A stretch of 64,000 bases of DNA, taken from the human T2T-CHM13v2.0 reference genome, Homo sapiens. The position numbers and the translations under genes are program-made. The notes below the pieces were generated by a model. The model saw nothing but the letters and a program-made list of their open reading frames with translations. It searched no databases and was not told where the DNA came from. The stretch's first letter is position 1; every line of letters begins with the position of its first letter. Shown in pieces: positions 1-12,930 of this stretch. The DNA lies in assembly GCF_009914755.1 (NCBI RefSeq), contig NC_060939.1; one strand, 5' to 3'.

Positions 1-830
1 GACTTCAAAAGATGAAGCAGAGGACATAAAACCCCTCAGTCAGTGCACAGCCTTCCTAGACTGACCAGAACCTCTCAGTGGTTGGTGGTCTCTTATCAGG
101 AAGGAATGCTGGTTGGTTGGTCTGTTGAAACTGCAAAAGGGAGGAACAGCATCAGGTGGTTGGTTGAAATCAGTGGTGAGGTGACTCTTTTGAAAGGGCT
201 GGTTCCAACCCAAATGCTCATCAATGATAGACTGGATAAAGAAAATGTGGCACATATATACCATACTATGCTGCCATAAAAAAGAATGAGTTCATGTCCT
301 TTGCAGGGACATGGATGAAGCTGGAAACCATCATCCTCAGCAAACTAACACAGGAACAGAAAACCAATCATCACACGTTCTCAAAAGTGGGAGTTCAACA
401 ATGAGACCACATGGACACAGGGAGAGGAACATCACACACAGTGGCCTGTTGGAGAATGAGGGGAAAGGGGAGGGAGAGCATTAGGACAAATACCTTAAAC
501 CCTAGATGTCAGGGTGATAGGTGCAGCAAACCACCATGGCACATGTATTCCTATGTAACAAGCCTGCACTCTCGGCACATGTATCCCAGAACTTAAAGTA
601 AAATAAATTAATTTTTAAAAAGAGAAAGGGCTGGTTCCTGCTTAGCCTTCAGAGAAGAAAGCCTAGCGGTGGTTAGCAAGGGACGGGCTCTGACGAGGCA
701 TGTTTGACCTCCCATTGCATCAGGGCTGGGACTCAGTTTTAAGGTTTTTTTGGGGTCCCCTTGGCCAACAGGGGGTCCATTCAGTAGCCTGGGGTGGGGG
801 GAAGGCTTAGGATTTCATTTTTATTTCTCA
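1..830 (-). mobile_element. ERV1 MER4-group LTR (MER83/MER72-like), interrupted by an L1 fragment
   Basis: The reverse complement begins TGAGAAATAAAAATGAAATCCTAAGCC...GAATGGACCCCCTGTTGGCCAAGGGGACCCC, typical of MER4-group LTR 5' ends. Exact family uncertain. Confidence 0.6.
207..623 (+). mobile_element. 5'-truncated L1 3' end (L1PA7-like)
   Basis: L1 ORF2 end and 3'UTR with an A-rich tail. 15-bp TSD GAAAGGGCTGGTTCC at 192-206 and 624-638. Confidence 0.9.
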
Positions 831-2327
831 GAATGTACTGGAGATTCGTTAAATGATTATGACCAAAATGCTCATAGAAATATGGGCAGTGAAGGCCAGG
901 TTGATGAGGTCTCAGATGAAAATGAAGAACTTATTGGGAGCTGGAGCACAGGTCACCCTCGTTACACCTTAGCAAAGAATTTGGCTGCATTGTGCCAATG
1001 TCCTAGGGCTTTGTGGAAGGCTGAGCTTCAGAGTGATGACTTAGGGTATCTGGAGGAAAAAAAAATTTCTATGCAGCCAAGTATTCAAGAAGTGGCAAGG
1101 CTGCTTCTACCAATCTAAGATCAGATATAGGACAAAGGAATGACTTAAATTTGGGACTTCCAATTTAAAGGGAAGTAGAGTGTAAAAACTTGGAAAGTCT
1201 GCAGCCTGGCTCATGGTGGAGAAGGGAAGAACATTTCAGGAGAGGAACCCAAAGGATAAGAATCCAAGAGGCATGAGGAACAACCACTTGCTGGAGAGAT
1301 TAGCATGACAGAAAGGGAAGCAGGTGCTACTAGTCAAGACAATGAGAAAAAGGCTACTCCTCCCATTGCAAGCCCAGAGGCCTAAGAGGACAGACTGGTT
1401 TCAGGGACAAGGCCAGGGGCATTGCTACTCAGTGCTGCCTTGGGGTGCTGCTTCCCTTATCCCAGCCATCTCGAGTCCAGCCTCCACTCAAAGGCCCCCA
1501 AACAGGAGCTCAGGCCTCCACTTCAGAGCGTGTGAACTGCAAGCCCTGGTAGTTTCCACTGGCATTAAGTCTGTAATTGTGCAGAATGCAAGAGTGGTGG
1601 AGGCTTGGCAGTTTCCACCTAGATTTCAGAGGATACATCAGAAAGCCTGGGTGCCCAGACAGAAGTCTGCTGCAGGGGCAGTGCCCCCATGGTTAGCCTT
1701 TTCTAGGGTAGTTCCAAGGGAAAATGTGGGGTTGGAGTCCCCACAGAGAGCCCCCACCAGGGCACTACCTAGTGGAGCAGTGGGAATGAGGCCACTGCCC
1801 TCCAGACTCCAGAATGGTAGAACCACTAGCAACTTGCACCTTAGCCTAGAAAAGCCACAGTCACTCAACTCCAACCCATGAGAGCAAGAACAGCAGCTGT
1901 ACCTTGCAAAGCAGGCACAGAGGCAGGGCTGCCTAAGCCCTTGTGAGCCCATCCCACACAACCGTGTACCCAGAATGTGGGAAATGGAATCAAGGGAGAT
2001 TATATTGAAGCTTGAAGATTTAATGTCTTCCCTGCTGGGTTTCAGACTTGCATGGGGCTTGTTGCCTCTTTCTTGTGGCCAATTTCTCTCTTTTGGGTTG
2101 GGAATATTCACTCAATGTCTCTGTCACCATTGTATTAATATATTGGGAATAAACAATTTGTTTTTGATCTTATATGCTCATAGGTGGGAGGAACTTGCCT
2201 TGAGTCTCAGATGAGACTTTGGACTTTTGAGTTGATGCTGGAATGAGTTAGAACTTTTGAAGACTATTGGGGAGGGATGACTGTATTTTCCAATGTGAGA
2301 AGGACATGAATTTGGGGGACCAGGAAT
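831..2327 (+). mobile_element. MaLR internal sequence (MST-int)
   Basis: Typical MST/THE1 internal motifs (GACCAAAATGCTcATAG, GAGGTCTCAGATGaAAATGAaGAACTTATTGGG), running into an MST LTR. Confidence 0.85.
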
Positions 2328-3029
<702 letters not shown>

Positions 3030-5305
3030 TAATTTCAGCTTTTATTTTAGATATGGCAGGTACATGTGCAGGTTTGTTACATGGGTATATCGTACCCAGG
3101 GACTGTACATAGTACCCAATAGGCAGTTTTTCATACTCCTCCCCTTTCCCCTCTAGTAGTCTACAGTGTCCATTATTCCTATGCTATGTTCATGTGTGCT
3201 CAGTGTTTAGCTCCCATTTGTAAGTGAGAAAATGTGGTATTTGGTTTTCTATTCATGCACTGATTCACTTAGGATTATGGCCTCCAGCTGCATCCATGTT
3301 GCTGCAAAGGACATAGTCTCTTTTTTTATGGCTGCATAGTATTCCATGGTATATATGTACCACATTATCTTTACCCAATCCACCATTGATGGACACCTAG
3401 ATTGATTCCATGGTTTTGTTATTGTGAATAGCATGGTGATGAATGTATGAGTGCATGTATCTTTTTGGTATAATTATCTATTTTCCTTGAGGTATATACC
3501 CAATAATGGGATTCATGGGTTGAATAGCAGTTCTATTTTGAGAAATCTCTGAACTGCTTTATTGGTGGCTGAACAAATTTACATTCTCACCAATAGTGTA
3601 AAAGGTCCCTTTTCTCTGTAGCCTCTCCAGCCTCTGTTGTTTATTAATAGCCCTTCTGACTGATATGAGATGGTATCTCGCTATGTTGATTTGCACTTCT
3701 CTAATGATTAATGATGAGAAGTTTCTCATATGTTGGCCACTTGTATATCTTCCCTTAAGACATATCTGTTCATATGATTTGCCCATTTTTAGTGAGATTT
3801 TTTGTTTTTTGCACTTTGATTGAAGTTCCTTATAAATTTTGGATATTAAACATTTCGCGGATGCATGGCTTGAGAAGATTTTCTTCACAACACCCATTCA
3901 GGAGGTTTTCCATTTACTCTGTTGATAGTTTCTTTTACTGTGCAGAAGCTCTTTAATTAGGTCTCAGTTGACAATTTTAGGTTTTGTTGCAATTGCTTTC
4001 GGGGACTTAGCCAAAAATTATTTGCCAAGGCCAATGTCGAGAAGCATATTTCCTAGGTTTTCTTCTATGATTTGTATAGTTTGAGCCTTCATTTAAATCT
4101 TTAATCCATCTTGAGTTAGCTTTTGTATATGGTAAAATGTAAGGGTCAAGTTTCATTTTTCTGCATATGGTTACAAGTTATCCCAGCATCACTTATTGAA
4201 TAGGGAGTCCTTTCCCCATTACTTTTGCTGGCCTTGTTGAAGATCACATGGTTCCAGGTATATGGCTTTATTTCTGAGTATTCTGTGCCATTGGTCTGCG
4301 ATATGGTTTGGCTGTGTCCGCACCCAAATCTCATCTTGAGTTGTAGCACTCATAATTCCCACGTGTTGTGAAAGGGACCCAGTGGGAGGTAATTGAATCA
4401 TGGGGATGGTTTCCCCCATACTGTTCTTGTGGTAGTAAGTCTCAGAAGAGCTGATGATTTTTTAAGGGTTTTCCTCTTTTTCTTGACTCTCATTCTCTCT
4501 TGTCTCCTGCCATGTAAGATGTGCCTTTCACTTTGCTCTATGATTGTGAGTCTTCCCCCAGCCACGTGGAACTGTGAGTCCATTAAACCTCTCTTTCTTT
4601 ATAAATTACCCAGTCTCAGGTATGTCTTTATCAGCAGCATGAGAACAGACAAATACAGTCTGTGTCTGTTTTTATACCACTACCATGCTGTTTTGGTTAC
4701 TGTAGCCTTATAGTGTAGTTTGAAGTTGGATACTGTGATGCCTCCAGCTTTGTTCTTTTTGTTCAGGATTGCTTTGGCTATTTGGGCTTTTTGTTTCCAT
4801 ATGAATTTTGGAATAGTTTTTTCTAATTATGTGAAGAATAGTGTTGTAGTTTGATAGGAATAGTGTTCAATCTGTACATTGTTTTGGGGAATATGTCCAT
4901 TTTAATAATATTGATTCATTTAATTTATAAGTATGGAATGATTTTCCATTTATTTGTATTACCTCTGATTTCTTTCAACAGTGTTTTATATTTCTGCTTG
5001 TAGAAATCGTTCTCCTCTTTGGTTAACTGTATCCCTAGGTATTGCATTTTCTTTGTGGCTATTGGAAATGGCATTGTGTTCTTGATTTGACTGTCTGCCT
5101 GGATGTTATTGGTATATAGAAGTGACTTTTGCACATTGATTTTTTTATCCTGAAACCTTGCTAAAATTGTTTACAAGTTTGAGTAGGCTTTTGGCAGAGT
5201 CTTTAGGGTTTTGTAGGTATAGAATTATATCATCGGCAAAGAAAGATAGTTTGACTTGTTTTTCTATTTGGATGCCTTTTATTTCTTCCTCTTGCCTGAT
5301 TGGTG
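3030..5305 (-). mobile_element. L1 (L1PA13-16/L1PB-like) 3' UTR and ORF2 3' part
   Basis: Reverse-strand ORF2 peptides (e.g. [29 protein letters not shown]) and L1 3'UTR. Confidence 0.85.
4299..4657 (+). mobile_element. THE1 solo LTR
   Basis: GATATGGTTTGGCTGTGTCC...AATACA, with 5-bp TSD GTCTG at 4294-4298 and 4658-4662. Confidence 0.92.
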
Positions 5306-5329
5306 CTCTATCCCTGATTGGTGCTCTAC

Positions 5330-6440
5330 TCTGTGACTGTGCTGGTACCTAAAGTGCAAGATAAAGTCCCCTTTACTTTTTCCTCTGCTTTTCTCAAGCA
5401 GAAGGAGTTTTGCTCCCTAGCCACCTCAGCTGGTATTGTGCTGAGTCTCACCTGAAGCCAGCAAGTCTGAGGCTCACCCAAGGCCCTTGACGTAGCTCCT
5501 GTGTATTGTTGCTTGTTATTCAGGGCCCAAAGGCTCTGCAGTCAGAAGGTGATGAATGCTGCCAGGTCTTGGTCCTTTCCTTCAAGGCAGTGTGTGTGTT
5601 CCCTTTTGGCCCAGGGTATGTCTAGTAATGTCATCCAGGAGCCAGGGCCTGCAACAGGAACCTCAGGACTCTGACCGGCACCCTATCTTGCTGTGGCTTC
5701 CCTGGTATTCAACATGCAAAACAAAGCCTTCCCCACTCTTCCCTCTCCTCTCCTCAAGCAGAACAAAGGGGTTCTCTTTTAGAACCATGAGCTGTGTATC
5801 CTGAAGTTAGGGGAGGGGTAATGCCAGCACTCCCTTGGCTGCCCCAGCTGGCATCTCAGTAGGTCACGTGCTCCCCAGTCCACTGTCTCTGGGCCTGGTT
5901 CAGCACTAGAACTCACTTAAGAGTTGTTGTCCTTTTGGCCCAGATTGCCTTTCAAGTTTAGATACACAGCACACTGTGGCCCTCAGTGGCATGGTTTGTA
6001 GGCTCTCAGGTTCAGACTGCTGGGATCAGTGATTTCCCTCTGGCTAGGGCTGGTTTAAATGCTCCCTCTGCAGGCAGCTATCAGCTGAGTTTGGTCCAGT
6101 TTTCCTTTCTGCTCTAACAGGACAGCACTGAGTTAAATGCCTCACAATTGCTGTGCTCTCCCTCCTCCAGCACCCAGAGACATTCTCCGTACCACACCAC
6201 TGCTGCAGGGGGAGGGGTGAGCTTCATGATTCAATATTCTTTTTTCTATCCCTTCATTGCTTCTTTCAGCGATATGAAGTTAAAACCAGATACTACGAGT
6301 GCTCACCTGATTTTTTGTTTTTATTAAGGTTTTTTTCTTCTTCTTCTTCTTCTGTGTAGACAGTTGTTAACTTGGTGTCCTTGCCAGGGGATGATCGGTG
6401 GAGCCTTCTATTGCTCCGTCTTGCTCTGCCTCTCCCTCCC
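5330..6440 (-). mobile_element. L1M/L1MA-type 5' UTR
   Basis: GC-richer sequence resembling older L1 5' ends. The reverse complement starts GGAGAGGCAGAGCAAGACGG. Confidence 0.65.
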
Positions 6441-6444
6441 TGTT

Positions 6445-7320
6445 TCTCAATTTTGTTTATTCTTTTAGAAACCCATTTCTTCTTTGTTATCTATTGTTTT
6501 ACTAGTGTCTGTTTCATTTATTTTTCTCTGATCTTTGCTCTTTCCTTCCTTCAGCTAACTTTGGGTTTAATTTGTTGATCTATTTTAGTTCCTTGATGTA
6601 TGACATTAGATTATTTGACATCTTTCTTCTTTTCTGATATAGGAATTTGTTATAGATTTCCCTCTTAGAACTGCTTTTGCCACATCCTGTAAGTTTTGGT
6701 ATGTTGCGTTTCTATTTTTGTCTTGATATTTTTTATTTCCTTTTTGATTTCTTCATTGACACATTTGTTGTTTAAAACATGTTGATTTCCTTGTTTATGA
6801 ATTTTTAACGATTTATCCTGTTATCAATTTCTAAGTTGGTGTCACTGTAATCAGAAAATACACTTGATAGAATTTTCAATTGTCTAAAATTTGTTAACAC
6901 TTGTTTTGTGACCTAACCTTCTTTATTGTGGGTAACATGTACCTGAGAAGAATGTGTATTCTATTGCTGTTGGATGGTTGTGTACATGTCTAAAGTTCCA
7001 TTTAGTCTAAAGTATAATTCAAGTGCAATGCTGTCTTATTAATTTTATGTCTAGGTGGTCTGTTCATTGTTGAAAGTGGGGTACTGAAATTCCTCTAATA
7101 ACATTATTCTACTATATATAAGTGCTTTGATATTGGGTACATATACATTAAAAATTGTTCTATCCTCTTGATGAATTGACTCCTTTATCATTATATGACT
7201 TTTTCTCCTTGTACAGTTTTTTGACTTAAAGTCTATTTTGTTTCATATAAGCACAGCTACCCTTGCTCTTTTATTATTCCATTTGCATGGAATATCTTTT
7301 CCCATTTTCTTCACTTTCAG
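6445..7320 (-). mobile_element. old L1M ORF2 fragment
   Basis: T-rich decayed antisense endonuclease-region sequence. Confidence 0.65.
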
Positions 7321-7616
7321 AAAACTAACCAATTTCTTGGAAGACACAAACTACCAAAATGTTCAAGAAAAAAATAGATAATTTAAATAGTACTGTACCT
7401 ATTATAGGAAGTGAATTTGTAATTTAGAACATTCCAACAAAACAAACTTTAGGCACAAATTGCTTCACTGGCAAGTTCTAACAAACAGGTAAGAAAGAAA
7501 ATAAAACTGACACTACACAGTCTAGTACAGAACACAGAAAAGAAGGGATTAGTTTCTAATGCATTTTATAAAGTCAGCATTACCCTGATATGAAAACCAG
7601 ACAGAGAAAGCACAAG

Positions 7617-8123
7617 TGAGAGGTGAAGCCAGCTGGACTTCCTGGGTCAAGTGGGGACTTGAAGAACTTTTCTGTCTAGCTAGAGGATTGTAAACGCACC
7701 AATCAGCACTGTGTCTAGCTAAAGAATTGTAAGTTCACCAATCAGCACTCTGTAAAAACGCACCAATCAGCACTCTGTATCTAGCTAAAGGATTGTAAAT
7801 GCACCAATGAGCACTCTGTAAAAATACACCAATCAAAAATGGACCAATCAGCACTCTGTAAAATGGACCAATCAGCAGGGTGTGGGCAGGGACAAATAAG
7901 GGAATAAAAGCTGGCCACCACAGCCAGCAGCAGCAACCCACTTGGGTCCCTTCCACACCATGGAAGTTTTGTTCTTTCAATCTTCACAATAAATCTTGTT
8001 GCTACTCACTCTTTGGGTCAGTGACACCTTTAAGAGCTGTAACACTCACTGCAAAGGTCCACAGCTTCATTCTTGAAGTCAGTGAGACCAAAAACCCACC
8101 AGAAGGAACCAACTCTGGACACA
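7617..8123 (+). repeat. 5' LTR12 (LTR12F-like), 507 bp
   Basis: TGAGAGGTGAAGCCAGCTGG...GGACACA with tandem CACCAATCAGCACTCTG repeats. Confidence 0.93.
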
Positions 8124-8126
8124 TCT

Positions 8127-8168
8127 TGGCAATCCAGCTGGGACACATCTTGGTGGCCAGGAGGGGAC
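8127..8168 (+). promoter_or_regulatory. two tandem tRNA-Arg-like primer binding sites (8127-8144, 8151-8168)
   Basis: TGGCAATCCAGCTGGGAC and TGGTGGCCAGGAGGGGAC, each preceded by GGACACATCT. Confidence 0.75.
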
Positions 8169-9201
8169 CATAGCCAAGTGGTGAGTACCATCAGACACCT
8201 TTCACTTGCTATTCTGTCCTATTTTTCCTTAGAATTTGGGGGCTAAATACCAGGCATCTGCTGGCCAGTTAAAAGTGACTAGCGCAGCCGCCAGGCTAAA
8301 GACATGGTGTCAGGCTTTCTGGGAAAGGGCTCTCTAACAACCCCAGACTCTTCGGAGTTGGGAGCATTGGTTTGCCTGGAACCAGCTTCCGCTTTTCCTG
8401 TACTTCTGGGCTGAGCTGAGGGTCGATAGAGAGGAAAGCCATTCAGCTCTGAGGGCCTGACAAAAAGTTGGTTGACCCTGTAGCCATCAGCAGAACTCTC
8501 AACATCATGTTGCCCAAGCGAGACTCGCCCATCTATCCTATCTATCCTGACCCTTGCCTCCTGGATCCTAATGTCTGCCAGACAAACTTGCTCCTGCCTC
8601 TCTTCTCCGAGGCTAGTCCTGCTTCTAAAACCACTCCCTGTCTTTGTTGCTTTTCTAGTTTCTCCTATAAGATAATTTCTAGTAGAAATTTCGGGACTTG
8701 GTTCCTTTCTTTAGGCACCCAGACTCACCAATCAGAAAGACATAATTTTTGCCCAAAGACCCGTCGGGGGTGGGGGACTATCTGGAATTTTAGGATCCCT
8801 CCTCAGACTAGCAGGCCTAACAAAGGCTATTCCTGAAGCCAAGATATGGGGAGCCTCAGAAATGATACACTTCCTATTCATATGATGAGAAGTGAGGACA
8901 AAAGGCGTCACTCTTCCAACCCTGGAGATCTCTTCCCTCCCTCAGGGTATGGCCCTCCACTTCATTTTGGGAGCATAACATCTTTATAGGACAGGGGTAA
9001 GGTCTCATTACTAACAGGAGAATGCTTAGGACTCTAACAGGTTTTCGAGAATGCGTCAGTAAGCGCCACTAAATCTGATTTTTCTCAGTCCTCCTTATGG
9101 TTTAAGAGGACAGGCAAGGGTGCAGGTTTTTGAGAATGTGTCAGTAAGGGCCACTAAATCCAACCTTCCTCAGTCCTCCTTGTGGTCTAGGAGGAAAACT
9201 A

Positions 9202-9437
9202 GTGTTTCTGCTGCTGCACTAGTGAGCGTAACTATTCCCATGAGCAGGGTGCAGGGACCGTTGCAGGTTCTTGGGCAAGAGGGGTTTCTGCTGCTGCATT
9301 GGTGAGCACAACTATTCTGATCAGCAGGGTCCAGGGACCATTGCGGGTTCTTGGGCAAGAGGTGTTTCTACTGCTGCGTCGGTGAGTGTGACTATTCCAA
9401 TTAGCAGGGTCCAGGGGCCGCTGTGGGTTCTTGGGCA
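9202..9437 (+). repeat. three tandem 80-bp repeats in the ERV9 leader
   Basis: Units GTGTTTCTGCTGCTGC...GTTCTTGGGCA start at 9202, 9282 and 9362. Confidence 0.9.
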
Positions 9438-9486
9438 GTGGGGGGGGCGGGAACAAACCAAAACCATGGGCGTTTTTTTCTTTCAG

Positions 9487-10944
9487 TTGGGAAGCACTCA
9501 GGCATCAACAGGCTTACGCTTGAAATGCATCCTAAGCCATTGGGACCAATTTGACCCTCAAACCCTGAAAAAGAGGTGGCTCATTTTTTTCCACACTGCA
9601 GCCTGGCTCCAATATTCTCTCTCTGATGGGGAAAAATGGCCACCTGAGGGATGTATAAATTACAATACTATCCTGCAGCTCAACTTTTTCTGTAAAAGGG
9701 AAGGCAAATGGAGTTAAATACCTTATGTCCAAGCTTTCTTTTCATTGAAGGAGAATCCACAACTATGCAAAGTGTGCAATTTACATCCCACAAGAGGACC
9801 TCTCAGCTTACCTCCATATCCTAGCCTCCCTGTAGCTCCCCTTCCTATTAATGATAAGCCTCCTCTAATCTCCCCCTGCCCAGAAGGAAAGAAGCAAAGA
9901 AATCTCCAAGGGACCACAAAAACCCCCAGGCTATCAGTTATGTCCCCTTCAAGCTGTAAAGGCGAGGGGAATTTGGCCCAACCTGGCTACATGTCCCCTT
10001 CTCCCTCTCTGATTTAAAGCAGATCAAGGCAGACCTGGGGTAGTTTTCAGATGATCCTGATATATATATAGGTGTCCTGCAGGGTCTAGGGCAAACCTTC
10101 TATCTCACCTGGAGAGATGTCATGCTGTTGTTAGATCAAACCCTGGCCTTTAATGAAAAGAATGCGGCTTTAGCTGCAGCCTGAGAGTTTGGAGATACCT
10201 GGTGTCTTAGCCAAGTAAATGACAGAATGACAGCAGAAGAAAGGGACAAATTCCCTGCTGGTCAGCAAGCCATCCCCAGTATGGATCCCCACTGGGACCT
10301 AGACTCAGATCATGGGGACTGGAGTCGCAAACATCTGTTGACCTGTGTTCTAGAAGGACTAAGTAGAATTAGGAAAAAGCCCATGAATTATTCAATGATG
10401 TCCACCATAACTCAGGGAAAGGAAGAAAATCCTTCTACCTTCCTCAAGCAGCTACGGGAGGCCTTAAGAAAATATACCTGTCACCTGACTCGCTCGAGGG
10501 TCAAGTGATCCTAAAAGATAAGTTTATCACCCAGTCAGTCACAGATATCAGGAGAAAGCTCCAAAAGTGAGCCCTGGCCCTTAACAAAATCTGGAGGCAT
10601 TATTAAACCTGGCAAACTTGGTGTTCTATAATAGGGACCAAGAGGAACAGGCAGAAAAGGAAAAGTGAGATCAGAGAAAGGCCACAGCCTTAGTCATGGC
10701 CCTCAGACAAACAAACCTTGGTGGTTCAGAAAGGACAGAAAATGGAGCAGGCCTATCACCCAGTAGGGCTTGTTACCGGTGTGGTTTGCAGGGACACCTT
10801 ACAAAATATTGTCCAACAAGAAACAAGCTGCCCCCTCACCCATGTCCACTATGCTGAAGCAATCACTGGAAGGCGCACTGCCCCAGAGGATAAAGGTTCT
10901 CTGGGCCAGAAGCCCCCAACCAGATGATCCAACAACAGGACTGA
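9487..10944 (+). pseudogene. gag: ERV9 gag remnant
   Basis: MA peptide [21 protein letters not shown]-like ITQGKEENPSTFLKQLREALRKY, CCHC knuckle CYRCGLQGHLTKYC at 10771. Start codon reads TTG; many stops and frameshifts. Confidence 0.9.
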
Positions 10945-11176
10945 GGGTGCCCAAGGCAAGCGCCAGCTCATGTCATCACCCTCACTGAGCCCGGGTAAGT
11001 TTAACCATTAAGGGCCAGGAAACTGACTTCCTCCTGGACACTGGTGTGGGCTTCTCAGTGTTAATCTCCTGTCCTGGACGACTGTCCTCAAGGTCCGTTA
11101 CCATCCAAGGAATCCTGGGACAGCCTGTAACCAGGTATTTCTCCCACCTCCTCAGTTGTAATTAGGAAACTTTGCT
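10945..11176 (+). pseudogene. pro: ERV9 protease remnant
   Basis: Active-site motif FLLDTGVGFSVL (DTG at 11037-11045) and downstream QGILGQPVTRYFS. Confidence 0.88.
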
Positions 11177-12710
11177 ACAGATAGTAAGTATGCTTATCTA
11201 ATCCTACATGCCCATGCTGCAATATAGAAAGATAGGGAGTTCCTAACTTCTGGGGGAACCCCCATTAAATACCACAAGGAAATCATGGAGTTATTGCACG
11301 CAGTGCAAAAACCCAAGGAGGTGGTGGTCTTACACTGCCAAAGCCATCAAAAAGATGAAGGAGAAAAGGCAGAAGGAAACCGTCAGGCAGATGCTGAGGC
11401 CAGAATTGCTGCCAGGTGGAACCTCCCATTAGAAATACCTATGGAAGGACCCTTGGTATGGAACAATCCCCTCCAAGAGATCAAGCCCCAGTATTCCCCA
11501 ATTGAAACAGAATGGGGACTTTCATGGGGGCAGTTTTCTCCTCTCAGGGTGCTTGACAACAGAAGAAGGAAAGGTACTCATAACCAAAGCCAGCCAGTGG
11601 AACATACTTAAAATCCTCCACCAAACTTCTCATATGGGTATTGAGAACACTCATCAAGTGGCCAAGTCCCTATTTACAGGGCCAAATCTCCTCCAGACCA
11701 TCTGACAGGTAGTCAAAGCCCGTGAGGTGTGCCAAAGCAATAATCCCTTGGTCCATTGTAAGGCTCCTCTGGGGGAACAAAGAATAGGTCACTATCCAGG
11801 AGAGGACTGGCAGTTAGACTTCACCCATATGCCTAAGTCAAAGGGATTTCAATACTTGTTGGTCCTTTGATAACTTTATAAATTGGATAGAAGCCTTCCC
11901 CTATAAGACAGAGAAGGCTCAGGAAGTGGTTAAAGTCCTAATTCATGAAATAATTCCTAGATTTGGGCTTCCCCAAAGATTACAGAGTGACAATGGTATG
12001 GCTCTTAAAGCCATGATAACTCAGGGAATTTCCACGATGCTAGGGATACATCACCTTCACTGTGCCTGGAGGCCACAATCCTCAGGGAAGGTCGGGAAGG
12101 CAAATGAAACACTCAAGAGGCACTTAAGGAAACTAACACAAGAAACTCATCTCCCATGGCCTACTCTTTTGCCCATGGCCTTGTTGAAAATCCGAAATTC
12201 TCCTCATAAAATGAGGCTGGGTCCATATGAAATGCTGTATGGACGATCTTTTCTCAAAAATGACCTCCTACTTGATCAGGAACTTGGTCAAAGATATAAC
12301 TTCTTTGGCAAAGTATCAACGAAACCTTAAAAACTTACCTGAAGGATGTCACAGAGAAAAGGGAACAAGGTTGTTTCAACCAGAAGATCTAGTGCTGGTC
12401 AAATCTCTCCCCTCTACCTCCCCATTTATGGATTCTTTGTGGGAAGGACCATATTTGGTAATCCTTTTTACCCCCACTGCAGTTAAGGTGGCAGGAGTGG
12501 AATCTTGGATTCACCACACCCTAGTTAAACTTTGGACATCCCCTGCGGGACCATTAGCTCGGGAGTCCCAAGATCAGCCAGACCAGCCTCGATACACCTG
12601 TGAACTGTTGGAGGACTTGTATCTCCTATTTTGAAAGGAAACATCCCAGACTAAAAAGGCTCCTACCACTGATCCTGAGGAAAAGCCCCATTCCTCCTTA
12701 AAAAAGGTAA
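11177..12710 (+). pseudogene. pol: ERV9 pol remnant: RNase H C-terminal half and integrase only
   Basis: TDSKYAYLILHAH, VLHCQSHQK..GNRQAD, WQLDFTHMP, IIPRFGLPQRLQSDNG, WRPQSSGKV, WEGPY. Confidence 0.9.
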
Positions 12711-12753
12711 GTGAAAACCTACATAATCTTTAACACCTCTCCTTACCCCTTTA

Positions 12754-12915
12754 ATGGAATCCTTTTACTATTTCATCTTATTATTAAGCAGCATACTAAC
12801 CATACTCTTTGCAATAGGTCTATATACTGTAGCTCCTGCAGGGATGAAAACCCTAATCACATCAACCTTCTTTCTATCTTCCTTCCTTCTGACAGCAATT
12901 TACTCCTACCTTTAA
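12754..12915 (+). CDS. intact 53-aa hydrophobic small ORF between pol and env (function unknown)
   Basis: ATG at 12754 to TAA at 12913-12915: MESFYYFILLLSSILTILFAIGLYTVAPAGMKTLITSTFFLSSFLLTAIYSYL. No evidence of expression. Confidence 0.35.
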   Translation: MESFYYFILLLSSILTILFAIGLYTVAPAGMKTLITSTFFLSSFLLTAIYSYL

Positions 12916-12930
12916 CACAAACTGGATAAA

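Noticed and set aside
1324-2111. 185-aa and 157-aa ORFs
   Set aside because: They lie within decayed MST internal sequence and show no sign of a host gene.
7690-7880. Short periodic repeats resembling a CRISPR-like array (also 14880-15180)
   Set aside because: No unique spacers; these are LTR12 U3 tandem repeats in a human genome.
12704-12712. Perfect splice donor AAG|GTAAGT at the end of ERV9 pol
   Set aside because: No evidence of use can be obtained from sequence alone.
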